Shown: positions 1 through 7,801 of the stretch, piece after piece
Position numbering within the stretch: the first letter of the stretch is position 1
How the letters are laid out: each line of letters starts with the position of its first letter
IMG/VR virus record: IMGVR_UViG_3300020345_000381
Span: 6,474-70,473 of that record
DNA from: a virus
Lineage: Duplodnaviria > Caudoviricetes
Strand: one strand, 5' to 3'
DNA length: 64,000 bases
The notes under the pieces: generated by a model
What the model saw: only the letters and a program-made list of their open reading frames with translations
What the model was told of the DNA's origin: nothing
The model's database searches: none
Program-made: the position numbers and the translations under genes

Positions 1-2
1 GA

Positions 3-212
3 GGCGGAGAATGGTATGATGCGTCTTATCATGGGATTTTAGTTCATAGAGATTATGAGGCTAAAACAGTAAAAGCGAAAGTATTGAAAGTTAAATTTCA
101 AAACTTAGGTGAAAATGGTGCTGAAGCTCATTTTAAATGGGAACCTAAATCTGGATGTTTTATTCCACAAGAAGATCAACAAGTAATAAATGATATTATG
201 CCATGGGAATAA
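3..212 (+). CDS. C-terminal fragment of DnaB/T7 gp4-like primase-helicase (partial, runs off window start)
   Basis: Manual translation from nt 3: GGEWYDASYHGILVHRDYEAKTVKAKVLKVKFQNLGENGAEAHFKWEPKSGCFIP...MPWE*. This resembles SF4 helicase C-terminal motifs. It lies directly upstream of the nucleotide metabolism genes. Confidence 0.7.
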   Translation, partial: GGEWYDASYHGILVHRDYEAKTVKAKVLKVKFQNLGENGAEAHFKWEPKSGCFIPQEDQQVINDIMPWE

Positions 213-481
213 AAAACAGAAAAAAGAAAACCAATCCAATACCTAATTACATACCTAATTCAGACGAAAGAAAATGGTATATTTATTGTACAGACAATGA
301 TATAAGATTATTTCCTGTACCAGTTAGTGGAGAAATAGGTGTGTGGAAAATAGGTATTAATATTGGGGAATATAAAAAAGGTGAAACTCCTCATTTGTCC
401 CCTAATATATATACTAAAGATAATTTTTCTTATTCTTACTATCAAATGTGTAAATATTATTATGACAAACGTGAAAAATAA
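203..481 (+). CDS. hypothetical protein
   Basis: 92-aa ORF overlapping the helicase stop and the next start; ordinary codon usage. Confidence 0.6.
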   Translation: MGIKNRKKKTNPIPNYIPNSDERKWYIYCTDNDIRLFPVPVSGEIGVWKIGINIGEYKKGETPHLSPNIYTKDNFSYSYYQMCKYYYDKREK

Positions 482-1115
482 TTTTAAAAATGCTAACGAA
501 GCTTTTAAATATTTCTATTTTCATATTAAAAAATATGGTATAGATTTTGGAGATACAAAAGCTTTATTTAATGTAGGGTTTTATTTAGATAATCCTTTAC
601 AAGTTAATATAACGCATCCAAATAGAAATTGGAATATAGATTATGCTGAAGCAGAATGGCAATGGTATTTATCAGGAGATCCTAGTGTAGAAAAATTAGG
701 AGAAATATATGGTAAAGTTCCTCCAATATGGGATAAAATGGCTGATTCAGAAAGAAAGTGTAGGTCTAATTACGGGTGGCAATGGAACAGAAATCATCAA
801 ATAGATTATGTTGTAGCTAAATTAAAAGATGTAAAAGATACAAGACACGCTGCAATATCTATTTATGATGGAAAAGAAATTAACACTTATGCTAAAGATA
901 CTCCTTGTACTTATGCAATACAGTTTACTATCGTAAATAATAAACTAAATATGGCTGTTATGATGAGATCTAATGATCTCTGGTATGGCTTTTGTAATGA
1001 TCAGTATTGTTTTGTTATGTTACAAAAAATGATTGCAGAGAGGCTATCTATTGAACTCGGAAATTATTATCATTTTGCACATAATTTCCATTTGTATAAC
1101 AATAAAATTAAATAA
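462..1115 (+). CDS. thymidylate synthase-fold enzyme, probably dCMP-specific (hydroxymethylase/methylase-like)
   Basis: Catalytic Cys in DTPCT, RSNDLWYGFCND and HNFHLY motifs. Start moved from 363 to ATG 462 because the upstream part is a shadow of ORF 203-481. Confidence 0.85.
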   Translation: MTNVKNNFKNANEAFKYFYFHIKKYGIDFGDTKALFNVGFYLDNPLQVNITHPNRNWNIDYAEAEWQWYLSGDPSVEKLGEIYGKVPPIWDKMADSERKCRSNYGWQWNRNHQIDYVVAKLKDVKDTRHAAISIYDGKEINTYAKDTPCTYAIQFTIVNNKLNMAVMMRSNDLWYGFCNDQYCFVMLQKMIAERLSIELGNYYHFAHNFHLYNNKIK

Positions 1116-1122
1116 AATAAAT

Positions 1123-1896
1123 ATGTATTATTTATATCACATACCTGGTAAAAAAATAGGTGTTACAAGTAATCTTAATACAAGAGTTACACTTATACAA
1201 GGGTATAAAGAAGGAGAGTACGAAGTTCTAGAATCAAGTAAAGATATTAATTATATATCGGATCGAGAGATAGAACTTCAAAAGTCTTATGGCTATAAAG
1301 TAGATAGACGTAAGTACAATGAATTATATAAAAAATCAAATGATATGAACATAAACGCAACAGAGCAAACTTCTACTTTCCCATATCCAGTAAATGAATT
1401 GGAAGAAGCCCTTGTTAAACACAACGGAATGATTTGGGAAACTCAGTTTGGTACATTCAAACTAACAGATAATAATATTAAATGGATTATGTCTAATGTG
1501 CATGTATCTATGTATAACCAGAATAGATCTTATGTGTACAACAAAGCTTTTTATGAAAACTGTGTTAAAAAAGAAAATGTTAAGTGTAGTAAAAAACCTT
1601 TAAAAATGTTTCAGCAAATAAGAGATTGGGCTGAAGAAAGAGGGTTATATAAAACAGGTAATGCAAGAATTCAATATATAAAACTTCAAGAAGAGTGTGG
1701 AGAATTAGCTAAAGCTTTATTAAAAGATGATCAAACAGAAGTTATAGATGCTATAGGAGATATAGTTGTTGTATTAACAAACTTAGCACATCAAAGAGGA
1801 ACACATATAGAGACTTGTATTAGTTCTGCATATAATGAAATTAAAGGACGTACAGGTAGAATGATTAACGGAACATTTGTAAAAGATGAAAATTAA
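1123..1896 (+). CDS. GIY-YIG-like N-terminal domain fused to MazG-like nucleotide pyrophosphohydrolase
   Basis: N-terminus YYLYHIPGKKIGVTSNLNTR...REIELQ; C-terminus KLQEECGELAKA...DAIGDIVVVL (MazG EExxE...D motif). Start moved from 1033 to ATG 1123. Confidence 0.75.
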   Translation: MYYLYHIPGKKIGVTSNLNTRVTLIQGYKEGEYEVLESSKDINYISDREIELQKSYGYKVDRRKYNELYKKSNDMNINATEQTSTFPYPVNELEEALVKHNGMIWETQFGTFKLTDNNIKWIMSNVHVSMYNQNRSYVYNKAFYENCVKKENVKCSKKPLKMFQQIRDWAEERGLYKTGNARIQYIKLQEECGELAKALLKDDQTEVIDAIGDIVVVLTNLAHQRGTHIETCISSAYNEIKGRTGRMINGTFVKDEN

Positions 1897-2149
1897 TACT
1901 AAAGATCAAATAGTTTTATCTGTTTTAAAGAAAATGGATGAACGTAGTTTAGTTGGCCAAAAGAAATATGGTGCAACTATGATGGAAGAAATCGAAGGAC
2001 AAAAAAAAGATTTAAGTAGATTTCTTAATGATGTACAAGAAGAAATAATGGATACTCTCTTGTATATCGAAGCTGCTAAAAGATGTCTACAAGACGAGGT
2101 CGAAGAATGTATGTTAAAGCAACTTCATGTAAACTATGAAACGGTTTAG
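1886..2149 (+). CDS. small all-alpha NTP-pyrophosphatase-like protein
   Basis: GQKKYG...QEEIMDTLLY pattern, resembling MazG/dUTPase-superfamily helical proteins in phage nucleotide-modification loci. Confidence 0.5.
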   Translation: MKINTKDQIVLSVLKKMDERSLVGQKKYGATMMEEIEGQKKDLSRFLNDVQEEIMDTLLYIEAAKRCLQDEVEECMLKQLHVNYETV

Positions 2150-2585
2150 AAGAAAAAAGAAAGGACCTGTAGTATCAAAAAAAATAAATTATGATGGTAT
2201 TACATTTTCATCTGGACTGGAGAAATATATGTATATAGCTTTAAAAAAAGCTAAAATACAAGCAGTATATGAAGGACAAACTTACGAAATATTTGAAGGT
2301 TTTGATTTTCCAAATAAAGCATATGAAAGATGCGGTAACGGAAAAGGCGATTATAAAAACCGAGGAAGTAAGAAAATCCTTAATATAAAATATACACCCG
2401 ATTTTATAGGAAAAGGATTTATTATAGAAACTAAAGGAAGGGCTAACGAAAGTTTCCCTTTACGTTGGAAAATGTTTAAAAGATATATAGTTAAACATTT
2501 ACCTGGCATAACTTTATATAAACCACAAAATCAAAAAGAATGCGACGCAACAATAAGCCTGATATTAGAGTCAAAAAACAATTAG
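2136..2585 (+). CDS. PD-(D/E)xK endonuclease, T7 endonuclease I/Holliday junction resolvase-like
   Basis: YDGITFSSGLE...YTPDF...IIETKG motif. Confidence 0.8.
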   Translation: MKRFRRKKKGPVVSKKINYDGITFSSGLEKYMYIALKKAKIQAVYEGQTYEIFEGFDFPNKAYERCGNGKGDYKNRGSKKILNIKYTPDFIGKGFIIETKGRANESFPLRWKMFKRYIVKHLPGITLYKPQNQKECDATISLILESKNN

Positions 2586-2710
2586 CAAGACAAAAATACG
2601 CTGAACGTCAAATTGACAAGTGGGTTAAATGGAGAATGGAAGTAAAAGGGTATTTATTTTACCGAGATCTTGTTGAAATGCAAGAAAAATTTAATATAAA
2701 ATGTTATTAA
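2540..2710 (+). CDS. small hypothetical protein (56 aa)
   Basis: Manual translation MRRNNKPDIRVKKQLARQKYAERQIDKWVKWRMEVKGYLFYRDLVEMQEKFNIKCY; fills an intergenic gap. Confidence 0.55.
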   Translation: MRRNNKPDIRVKKQLARQKYAERQIDKWVKWRMEVKGYLFYRDLVEMQEKFNIKCY

Positions 2711-2711
2711 A

Positions 2712-2855
2712 ATGAATAATAAAAGTTGGGAGTTAACAATAGGTTTTTATCCGGGAATTTTAATAGGGATGAGAAGTTATTCTCATACAGGATCAACACA
2801 ACACGTTGTGTATCTCCCTTTTGTAGACGTTTGTCTAGAAGTTTTTGAAGATTAA
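2712..2855 (+). CDS. small hypothetical protein (47 aa)
   Basis: Manual translation MNNKSWELTIGFYPGILIGMRSYSHTGSTQHVVYLPFVDVCLEVFED; starts 1 nt after the previous stop. Confidence 0.55.
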   Translation: MNNKSWELTIGFYPGILIGMRSYSHTGSTQHVVYLPFVDVCLEVFED

Positions 2856-2870
2856 ATTAAATTAAATATT

Positions 2871-3164
2871 ATGAAACAATTATTATATATAAGCTTAATA
2901 GCTTTAATATGTTCTTGTTCTGGAAGCCAATTGTTTTTAGAAGCAAGAACTACTTATGATGTTCCATTAAATAATAATGGACATATAAATAAAACTATGA
3001 TGGAATCTGATGCTAAAAACGTATCTGGGCTAGATCAGTTCAATCCTCAGATTAGAGTAACATATAGACAATATTTATTTGATGGTAAAAAAAATCAAAT
3101 AAAAAATATAGTTAAAAAACAAATTACAAATCAAACACTTGAATTAAAAAAGTTTAGAAAATAA
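2871..3164 (+). CDS. predicted lipoprotein
   Basis: MKQLLYISLIALIC-SCSGS signal peptide/lipobox; TAATG overlap with nrdB. Confidence 0.6.
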   Translation: MKQLLYISLIALICSCSGSQLFLEARTTYDVPLNNNGHINKTMMESDAKNVSGLDQFNPQIRVTYRQYLFDGKKNQIKNIVKKQITNQTLELKKFRK

Positions 3165-4132
3165 TGGGTTTATTTGATGAAAGAATTCCTTACAAACCTT
3201 TTGAATATCCAGAATATTATAATGAAGGTTGGCTTAAACAAGCACAAGCATTTTGGCTTCATACAGAAATACCAATGTCTAGTGATGTTAAGGATTGGAA
3301 TGAAAAATTAACTAAAGAAGAGAAGAACCTAGTAGGTAATATCTTACTAGGTTTTGCTCAGACAGAATGTGCAGTATCAGATTATTGGACACAAAAAGTA
3401 GTATCTTGGTTTCCAAAACATGAGATACAACAAATGGCTATGATATTTGGGTCACAAGAAACCATACATGCAGTAGCTTATTCATATTTAAATGAAACTC
3501 TTGGTTTGGAAAATTTTGAAGCGTTTTTACAAGACAAGGCAACAATGGAACGCTTTGATAATTTAATTAGTTATGACGGAAATAACACCACTGGAATTGC
3601 AAGAAGCATTGCCATCTTTAGCGCATTTGCTGAAGGTGTTAGTCTTTATTCTGCCTTTGCTGTTTTATATAGTTTTCAACTCAGAAATCTTTTAAAAGGA
3701 GTAGGGCAACAAATGAAATGGAGTGTAAGAGATGAATCTCTTCATTCTAAAATGGGATGTCAACTCTTCAGACATATGTGTGAAGAAGATCCTAAGTTGT
3801 TAAACAAATCTAAAAAAGATATATTTGATGCAGCAGAAACAATGCTTGAAGCCGAAGAAAAGTACATTGATAAAATGTTCGAGCTCGGTGATATCGAAAA
3901 CCTTAAAGCTTACGACCTTAAACAATTTATCCGTAAAAGACTCAACGAAAAAATTATTGAACTCGGTTACACAAACAAACGGGAATACTTTGAGTTTGAC
4001 AAAGACGCAGCAAAAAATCTTGACTGGTTCTACCATCTTACCGGGGGGCATACTCATACTGATTTTTTTGCTATTCGTCCTACTGATTACTCGAAAGCTA
4101 ATGAAGGTGAAGATTTTGAAGATATTTGGTAA
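3164..4132 (+). CDS. nrdB: ribonucleotide reductase class I beta subunit
   Basis: FWLHTE, QTE, QETIHAVAY (E/H ligands and radical Tyr), AEGVSLYSAF, RDESLH, DFFAIRP. Confidence 0.95.
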   Translation: MGLFDERIPYKPFEYPEYYNEGWLKQAQAFWLHTEIPMSSDVKDWNEKLTKEEKNLVGNILLGFAQTECAVSDYWTQKVVSWFPKHEIQQMAMIFGSQETIHAVAYSYLNETLGLENFEAFLQDKATMERFDNLISYDGNNTTGIARSIAIFSAFAEGVSLYSAFAVLYSFQLRNLLKGVGQQMKWSVRDESLHSKMGCQLFRHMCEEDPKLLNKSKKDIFDAAETMLEAEEKYIDKMFELGDIENLKAYDLKQFIRKRLNEKIIELGYTNKREYFEFDKDAAKNLDWFYHLTGGHTHTDFFAIRPTDYSKANEGEDFEDIW

Positions 4133-4136
4133 ATGA
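3828..4136 (+). CDS. putative overprinted +1-frame ORF in the nrdB 3' end, with a C-terminal transmembrane segment
   Basis: 102-codon ORF; nrdB avoids TTA/ATA throughout the overlap; ends GILILIFLLFVLLI-TRKLMKVK; ATGA overlap with the next gene. Confidence 0.5.
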   Translation: MQQKQCLKPKKSTLIKCSSSVISKTLKLTTLNNLSVKDSTKKLLNSVTQTNGNTLSLTKTQQKILTGSTILPGGILILIFLLFVLLITRKLMKVKILKIFGK

Positions 4137-4438
4137 AATTCTTATGCACTGCTTGTGGAGCCTGTTGTATGACTGCAGGTAAATTAAAATTAATGCCAGA
4201 CAGAGGAGATGGTGCTTGTATAAATTTAAATGATTTAAATTTGTGTAATATTTATGATGCAAGACCAGAATTTTGTAGTATTACTGATATGTATTATAAC
4301 TATAATTTAGAAGAAGAAGAAAATATAACTTTAAAAGAATGGTATATTAAAAACACAAAAGATTGTCATACTTTGATTGATCATTATAAATTAGATGATA
4401 AATATAAAGTAGACACCGAAGAATATGAGAACATGTAA
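4133..4438 (+). CDS. YkgJ-family cysteine cluster (Fe-S/Zn) protein
   Basis: CTACGACC...GDGACINL...LCNIYDARPEFC pattern. Confidence 0.8.
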   Translation: MKFLCTACGACCMTAGKLKLMPDRGDGACINLNDLNLCNIYDARPEFCSITDMYYNYNLEEEENITLKEWYIKNTKDCHTLIDHYKLDDKYKVDTEEYENM

Positions 4439-4781
4439 CATTTGCGGCAGACCAAAAAAAGATTCAAAGTTTAAACACATAAATAAAAAAACGTGTAAAC
4501 GCTGTGAGTTTAGATGGAAAAGATCTTTTTTAAGATTATTAGTTCATGATAGAAGACTTAGTGCTAAAGAAAGAATAGCTAATAGACTTGGATATTTTGG
4601 AACTGCTTTTATAATGATTAGTCCTTATTTGTTACCATATGGAAACATAGGCGCAATTACATATGTTATTGGGGGTATTGTGTGTATTCCTCAAGTATGG
4701 GTTGCTAAACAATGGAATTTAGTTTTAGTTAATTTAAATGTAACAATTGGTTACTTAATTTATTTATTATATAATGGATGA
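4425..4781 (+). CDS. Zn-finger plus small multi-pass membrane protein
   Basis: CxxC...CxxC N-terminus followed by about three hydrophobic helices with a PQ motif. Confidence 0.6.
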   Translation: MRTCNICGRPKKDSKFKHINKKTCKRCEFRWKRSFLRLLVHDRRLSAKERIANRLGYFGTAFIMISPYLLPYGNIGAITYVIGGIVCIPQVWVAKQWNLVLVNLNVTIGYLIYLLYNG

Positions 4782-4992
4782 TATAGAAAAAATAAAAGAA
4801 TACGCTTTAAAATATTATAAAAAACATTTTGTTAAAAAATACACAGTAATTGAACCAACAACACGAGGTAAAATAATGAGAACTAAATCTAAAAATTTAC
4901 CCGTTTTAATATCTATAAAAGATACTCATATTGAAGTAAAAAATAATAAAGATGCTTCACCAATTATATTAAATAAAACTATATTACAATGA
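4774..4992 (+). CDS. hypothetical protein
   Basis: ORF track; coupled to neighbours. Confidence 0.6.
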   Translation: MDDIEKIKEYALKYYKKHFVKKYTVIEPTTRGKIMRTKSKNLPVLISIKDTHIEVKNNKDASPIILNKTILQ

Positions 4993-5222
4993 AAGAAAGT
5001 AAATTAATAGAAAAATTTAACAAATTAGATAAACAAATGACAGCTGTAACTAATGTACTGCGTAAAATAATACACGATTTAGGTAACGTAGAAAATTTAG
5101 CTCAAGGTACTTTAACTACACTTAAAACTTTTATGGGAGAAAAAGAATGGGATAAAGTAATAAAAGAATTAAAAGATAAAGATATTATTAAAGACAAAAA
5201 AGAAAAAAAATTAGAAGTATGA
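4989..5222 (+). CDS. hypothetical coiled-coil protein
   Basis: ORF track; ATGA overlaps on both sides. Confidence 0.65.
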   Translation: MKESKLIEKFNKLDKQMTAVTNVLRKIIHDLGNVENLAQGTLTTLKTFMGEKEWDKVIKELKDKDIIKDKKEKKLEV

Positions 5223-5581
5223 AAAAAATTATATTAAGTATATTTACATTATTATCTTTTGAATTATATTCTCAAAATTTAGAAGATTTTGAAGGATTAT
5301 GGACAAGTGGAGGAACTAATTTCGTAACCGTATTTGCTCATAATGACATAGAAGACTCGTTGTCTGTTTATACATTTAGTTTTGTGAGTAATCATATTGT
5401 AAACGAAACTATAACCAAAACAAACGATACATTAGTTTCCACTAAAACTTTTAATCAGAAAAACGGATGGACTGTAACAACAGATTATAAACTTTTAAAT
5501 AAAAATACAATGTTAGCATCTTTTCAAGGAGATATAGATGTAAAACTTTTATTTTATAAAGCTAAATTTAATGTGGAATAA
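5219..5581 (+). CDS. secreted beta-rich protein with signal peptide
   Basis: MKKIILSIFTLLSFELYSQ signal peptide followed by a beta-strand pattern (GLWTS...). Confidence 0.6.
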   Translation: MKKIILSIFTLLSFELYSQNLEDFEGLWTSGGTNFVTVFAHNDIEDSLSVYTFSFVSNHIVNETITKTNDTLVSTKTFNQKNGWTVTTDYKLLNKNTMLASFQGDIDVKLLFYKAKFNVE

Positions 5582-7289
5582 CGATTGGGTAAAAGGAAAA
5601 GATTATCCTTCTTGGGGTAATAACGATATATATAAACAAACTATAACTGGAGGTTATTTATTACCTACAGAAACTCCTCGTGAGGCTTATCAAAGAGTAG
5701 CTAAAACAGTTGCAAAACGTTTATATAAACCCGAATTATCAGAAAGGTTTTTTGAATATATTTGGAATGGTTGGCTTTGTTTAGCTTCTCCAGTTTTATC
5801 TAATACTGGCACAGATAGAGGTTTACCCATAAGTTGTTTTGGAATTGATGTAGCTGATAGTATTAATGATATAGGCCAAAAGAATTTAGAAATGATGATG
5901 CTTGCTAAACACGGAGGAGGAGTAGGTATTGGTGTTAATATGATTCGTCCTGCTGGAGCTAAAATAACTGGTAATGGTACATCAGATGGTGTGGTACCAT
6001 TCTGTAAAATTTATGATTCTACTATACTAGCAACTAATCAAGGAAGTGTTAGACGAGGAGCAGCTTCAGTTAATATAAATATAGAACATAAAGATTTTTT
6101 AGATTGGTTAGAAATAAGAGAACCTAAAGGTGATGTAAACAGACAATCACTTAATTTACATCAGTGTGCTGTAGTAGGAGATAAATTTATGAGAAGACTT
6201 GAGGCTGGTGATTCAGTATCACGAAATAAATGGAGTAAATTATTACAAAAAAGAAAAGCAACAGGAGAACCTTATATTTTATTTAAAGGTAATACTAATA
6301 AAGCCAATCCATCAGCGTATAAAGACAACGCTTTAAAAGTACATATGACAAACATATGTAGTGAAATTGTTTTACACACAGATGAATCTCACAGTTTTGT
6401 TTGTTGTTTATCTAGCTTAAATTTAGCTAAATACGAAGAATGGAAAAACACCAATATTATATATGATTCAATATGGTTTTTAGATGGAGTTTTAGAAGAA
6501 TTTATTCAAAAAGCTAAATATAGAAAAGGTTTTGAAAATTCTGTAAGATCTGCAGAAAAAGGTAGAGCATTAGGATTAGGAGTTTTAGGATGGCATACTT
6601 ATCTTCAAGAAAAAGGTTTACCTTTTGAAGGTTTGTTAGCTCAATTTGAAACAAGAAGAATATTTAGTCAAATAAAAATAGAATCTGAAAGAGCTAGTAT
6701 GGAATTAGCTGAAATATATGGAGAACCTTTATGGTGTAAAGGTACTGGAATGAGACACACTCATCTAAGAGCTATAGCACCAACGGTGAGTAATTCTAAA
6801 TTATCCGGTAATGTTTCACCAGGCATTGAACCTTGGGCAGCTAATGTATTTACTGAACAATCTGCTAAAGGAACTTTTATTAGAAAAAACCCTACATTAG
6901 TTAAAATATTAAGAAAACATAAATTAAATACAAATGAAATTTGGGATAAAATTTTGGCGGATGGTGGTTCAGTGCAAGCCATTGATGAACTTGATTCTGT
7001 GGTTCTTGCTAACGACATACCGGCTAAAGACGTTTTTAAAACGTTTAAAGAAATAAATCAACTTGAATTAATAAATCAAGCTGGCATACGACAACAATAT
7101 ATAGATCAATCAGTTAGTTTAAATTTAGCTTTTCCAGCAGAAGCTCCACCTAAATGGATAAATAAAGTTCATATAGATGCTTGGAAAAAAGGCGTTAAAA
7201 CACTTTATTATATGAGAACTGAGTCGGTATTAAGAGGTGATATTGCCGCTAATGCAATGGACCCAGGTTGTGTTAGCTGCGATGGATAA
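5571..7289 (+). CDS. nrdA: ribonucleotide reductase class I alpha subunit (no ATP cone)
   Basis: LPISCF, GGGVG, TNICSEI, VCCLSSLNL, IAPTVSNS, TLYYMR and C-terminal CVSC; only 572 aa. Confidence 0.95.
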   Translation: MWNNDWVKGKDYPSWGNNDIYKQTITGGYLLPTETPREAYQRVAKTVAKRLYKPELSERFFEYIWNGWLCLASPVLSNTGTDRGLPISCFGIDVADSINDIGQKNLEMMMLAKHGGGVGIGVNMIRPAGAKITGNGTSDGVVPFCKIYDSTILATNQGSVRRGAASVNINIEHKDFLDWLEIREPKGDVNRQSLNLHQCAVVGDKFMRRLEAGDSVSRNKWSKLLQKRKATGEPYILFKGNTNKANPSAYKDNALKVHMTNICSEIVLHTDESHSFVCCLSSLNLAKYEEWKNTNIIYDSIWFLDGVLEEFIQKAKYRKGFENSVRSAEKGRALGLGVLGWHTYLQEKGLPFEGLLAQFETRRIFSQIKIESERASMELAEIYGEPLWCKGTGMRHTHLRAIAPTVSNSKLSGNVSPGIEPWAANVFTEQSAKGTFIRKNPTLVKILRKHKLNTNEIWDKILADGGSVQAIDELDSVVLANDIPAKDVFKTFKEINQLELINQAGIRQQYIDQSVSLNLAFPAEAPPKWINKVHIDAWKKGVKTLYYMRTESVLRGDIAANAMDPGCVSCDG

Positions 7290-7320
7290 TAAAAGAAGGG
7301 AGACCTTTCGATCTCCCTTC
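7288..7320 (-). terminator. intrinsic terminator at the convergence of the two gene blocks
   Basis: 9-bp stem GAAGGGAGA (7295-7303) / TCTCCCTTC (7312-7320); U-tract TTTTATT follows on the - strand. Confidence 0.8.
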
Positions 7321-7369
7321 AATACAGGAACTTTGGGGTGTGGAGCCCATTTTATCGTGTTCCCTTTTA

Positions 7370-7723
7370 TTAATATGTCCACATTACATCGGGATCTTTA
7401 TCAGGATCCATATCTACATGTATAAAGGTATTTCCTATACCTATTCTAGTAAATCCTACATCTAATAAACAATTAAGAAGATCATATCTGTCTCTTGAGT
7501 TTATACAATGAATATCAACTGCTAAACCTTTAAGATGAGAGGAATTCTTTTTTCCCCCAACCTTTTTATTATGTTCTTTTGTTCGATAACCACTATTTAT
7601 GTGGATCGCTCTATCAAACTTAGATCGCACTAGATCTATTTTATCTAGCATTTCTTGTTTCATGTTTCTTCCACTACCCATTTCATCAGGTGAATCAAAC
7701 TCTGTAATATTAAAATATTGCAT
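7370..7723 (-). CDS. peptidase M15A endolysin
   Basis: INSGYR...HNKKVGG...SSHLKGLAVDI...FIHVD Zn-binding motifs. Confidence 0.9.
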   Translation of the reverse strand: MQYFNITEFDSPDEMGSGRNMKQEMLDKIDLVRSKFDRAIHINSGYRTKEHNKKVGGKKNSSHLKGLAVDIHCINSRDRYDLLNCLLDVGFTRIGIGNTFIHVDMDPDKDPDVMWTY

Positions 7724-7800
7724 TATCTGTATTTTTTAAACATTAGTTTATAAAGCAAAGCATTCCACGCTGCTTGTAGTTTATCTATAAATTTTTTCAT
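7723..7800 (-). CDS. 25-aa amphipathic basic peptide
   Basis: MKKFIDKLQAAWNALLYKLMFKKYR; starts 1 nt after the upstream stop and has a TAATG overlap with the endolysin. Confidence 0.6.
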   Translation of the reverse strand: MKKFIDKLQAAWNALLYKLMFKKYR

Positions 7801-7801
7801 A

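Noticed and set aside
363-461. N-terminal extensions of the TS homolog and the MazG fusion (also 1033-1122)
   Set aside because: They overlap upstream genes in a shadow frame; downstream ATGs at 462 and 1123 give normal coupling
7237-7425. 62-aa + strand ORF across the convergence point
   Set aside because: It spans the terminator hairpin and the endolysin 3' end; no supporting features
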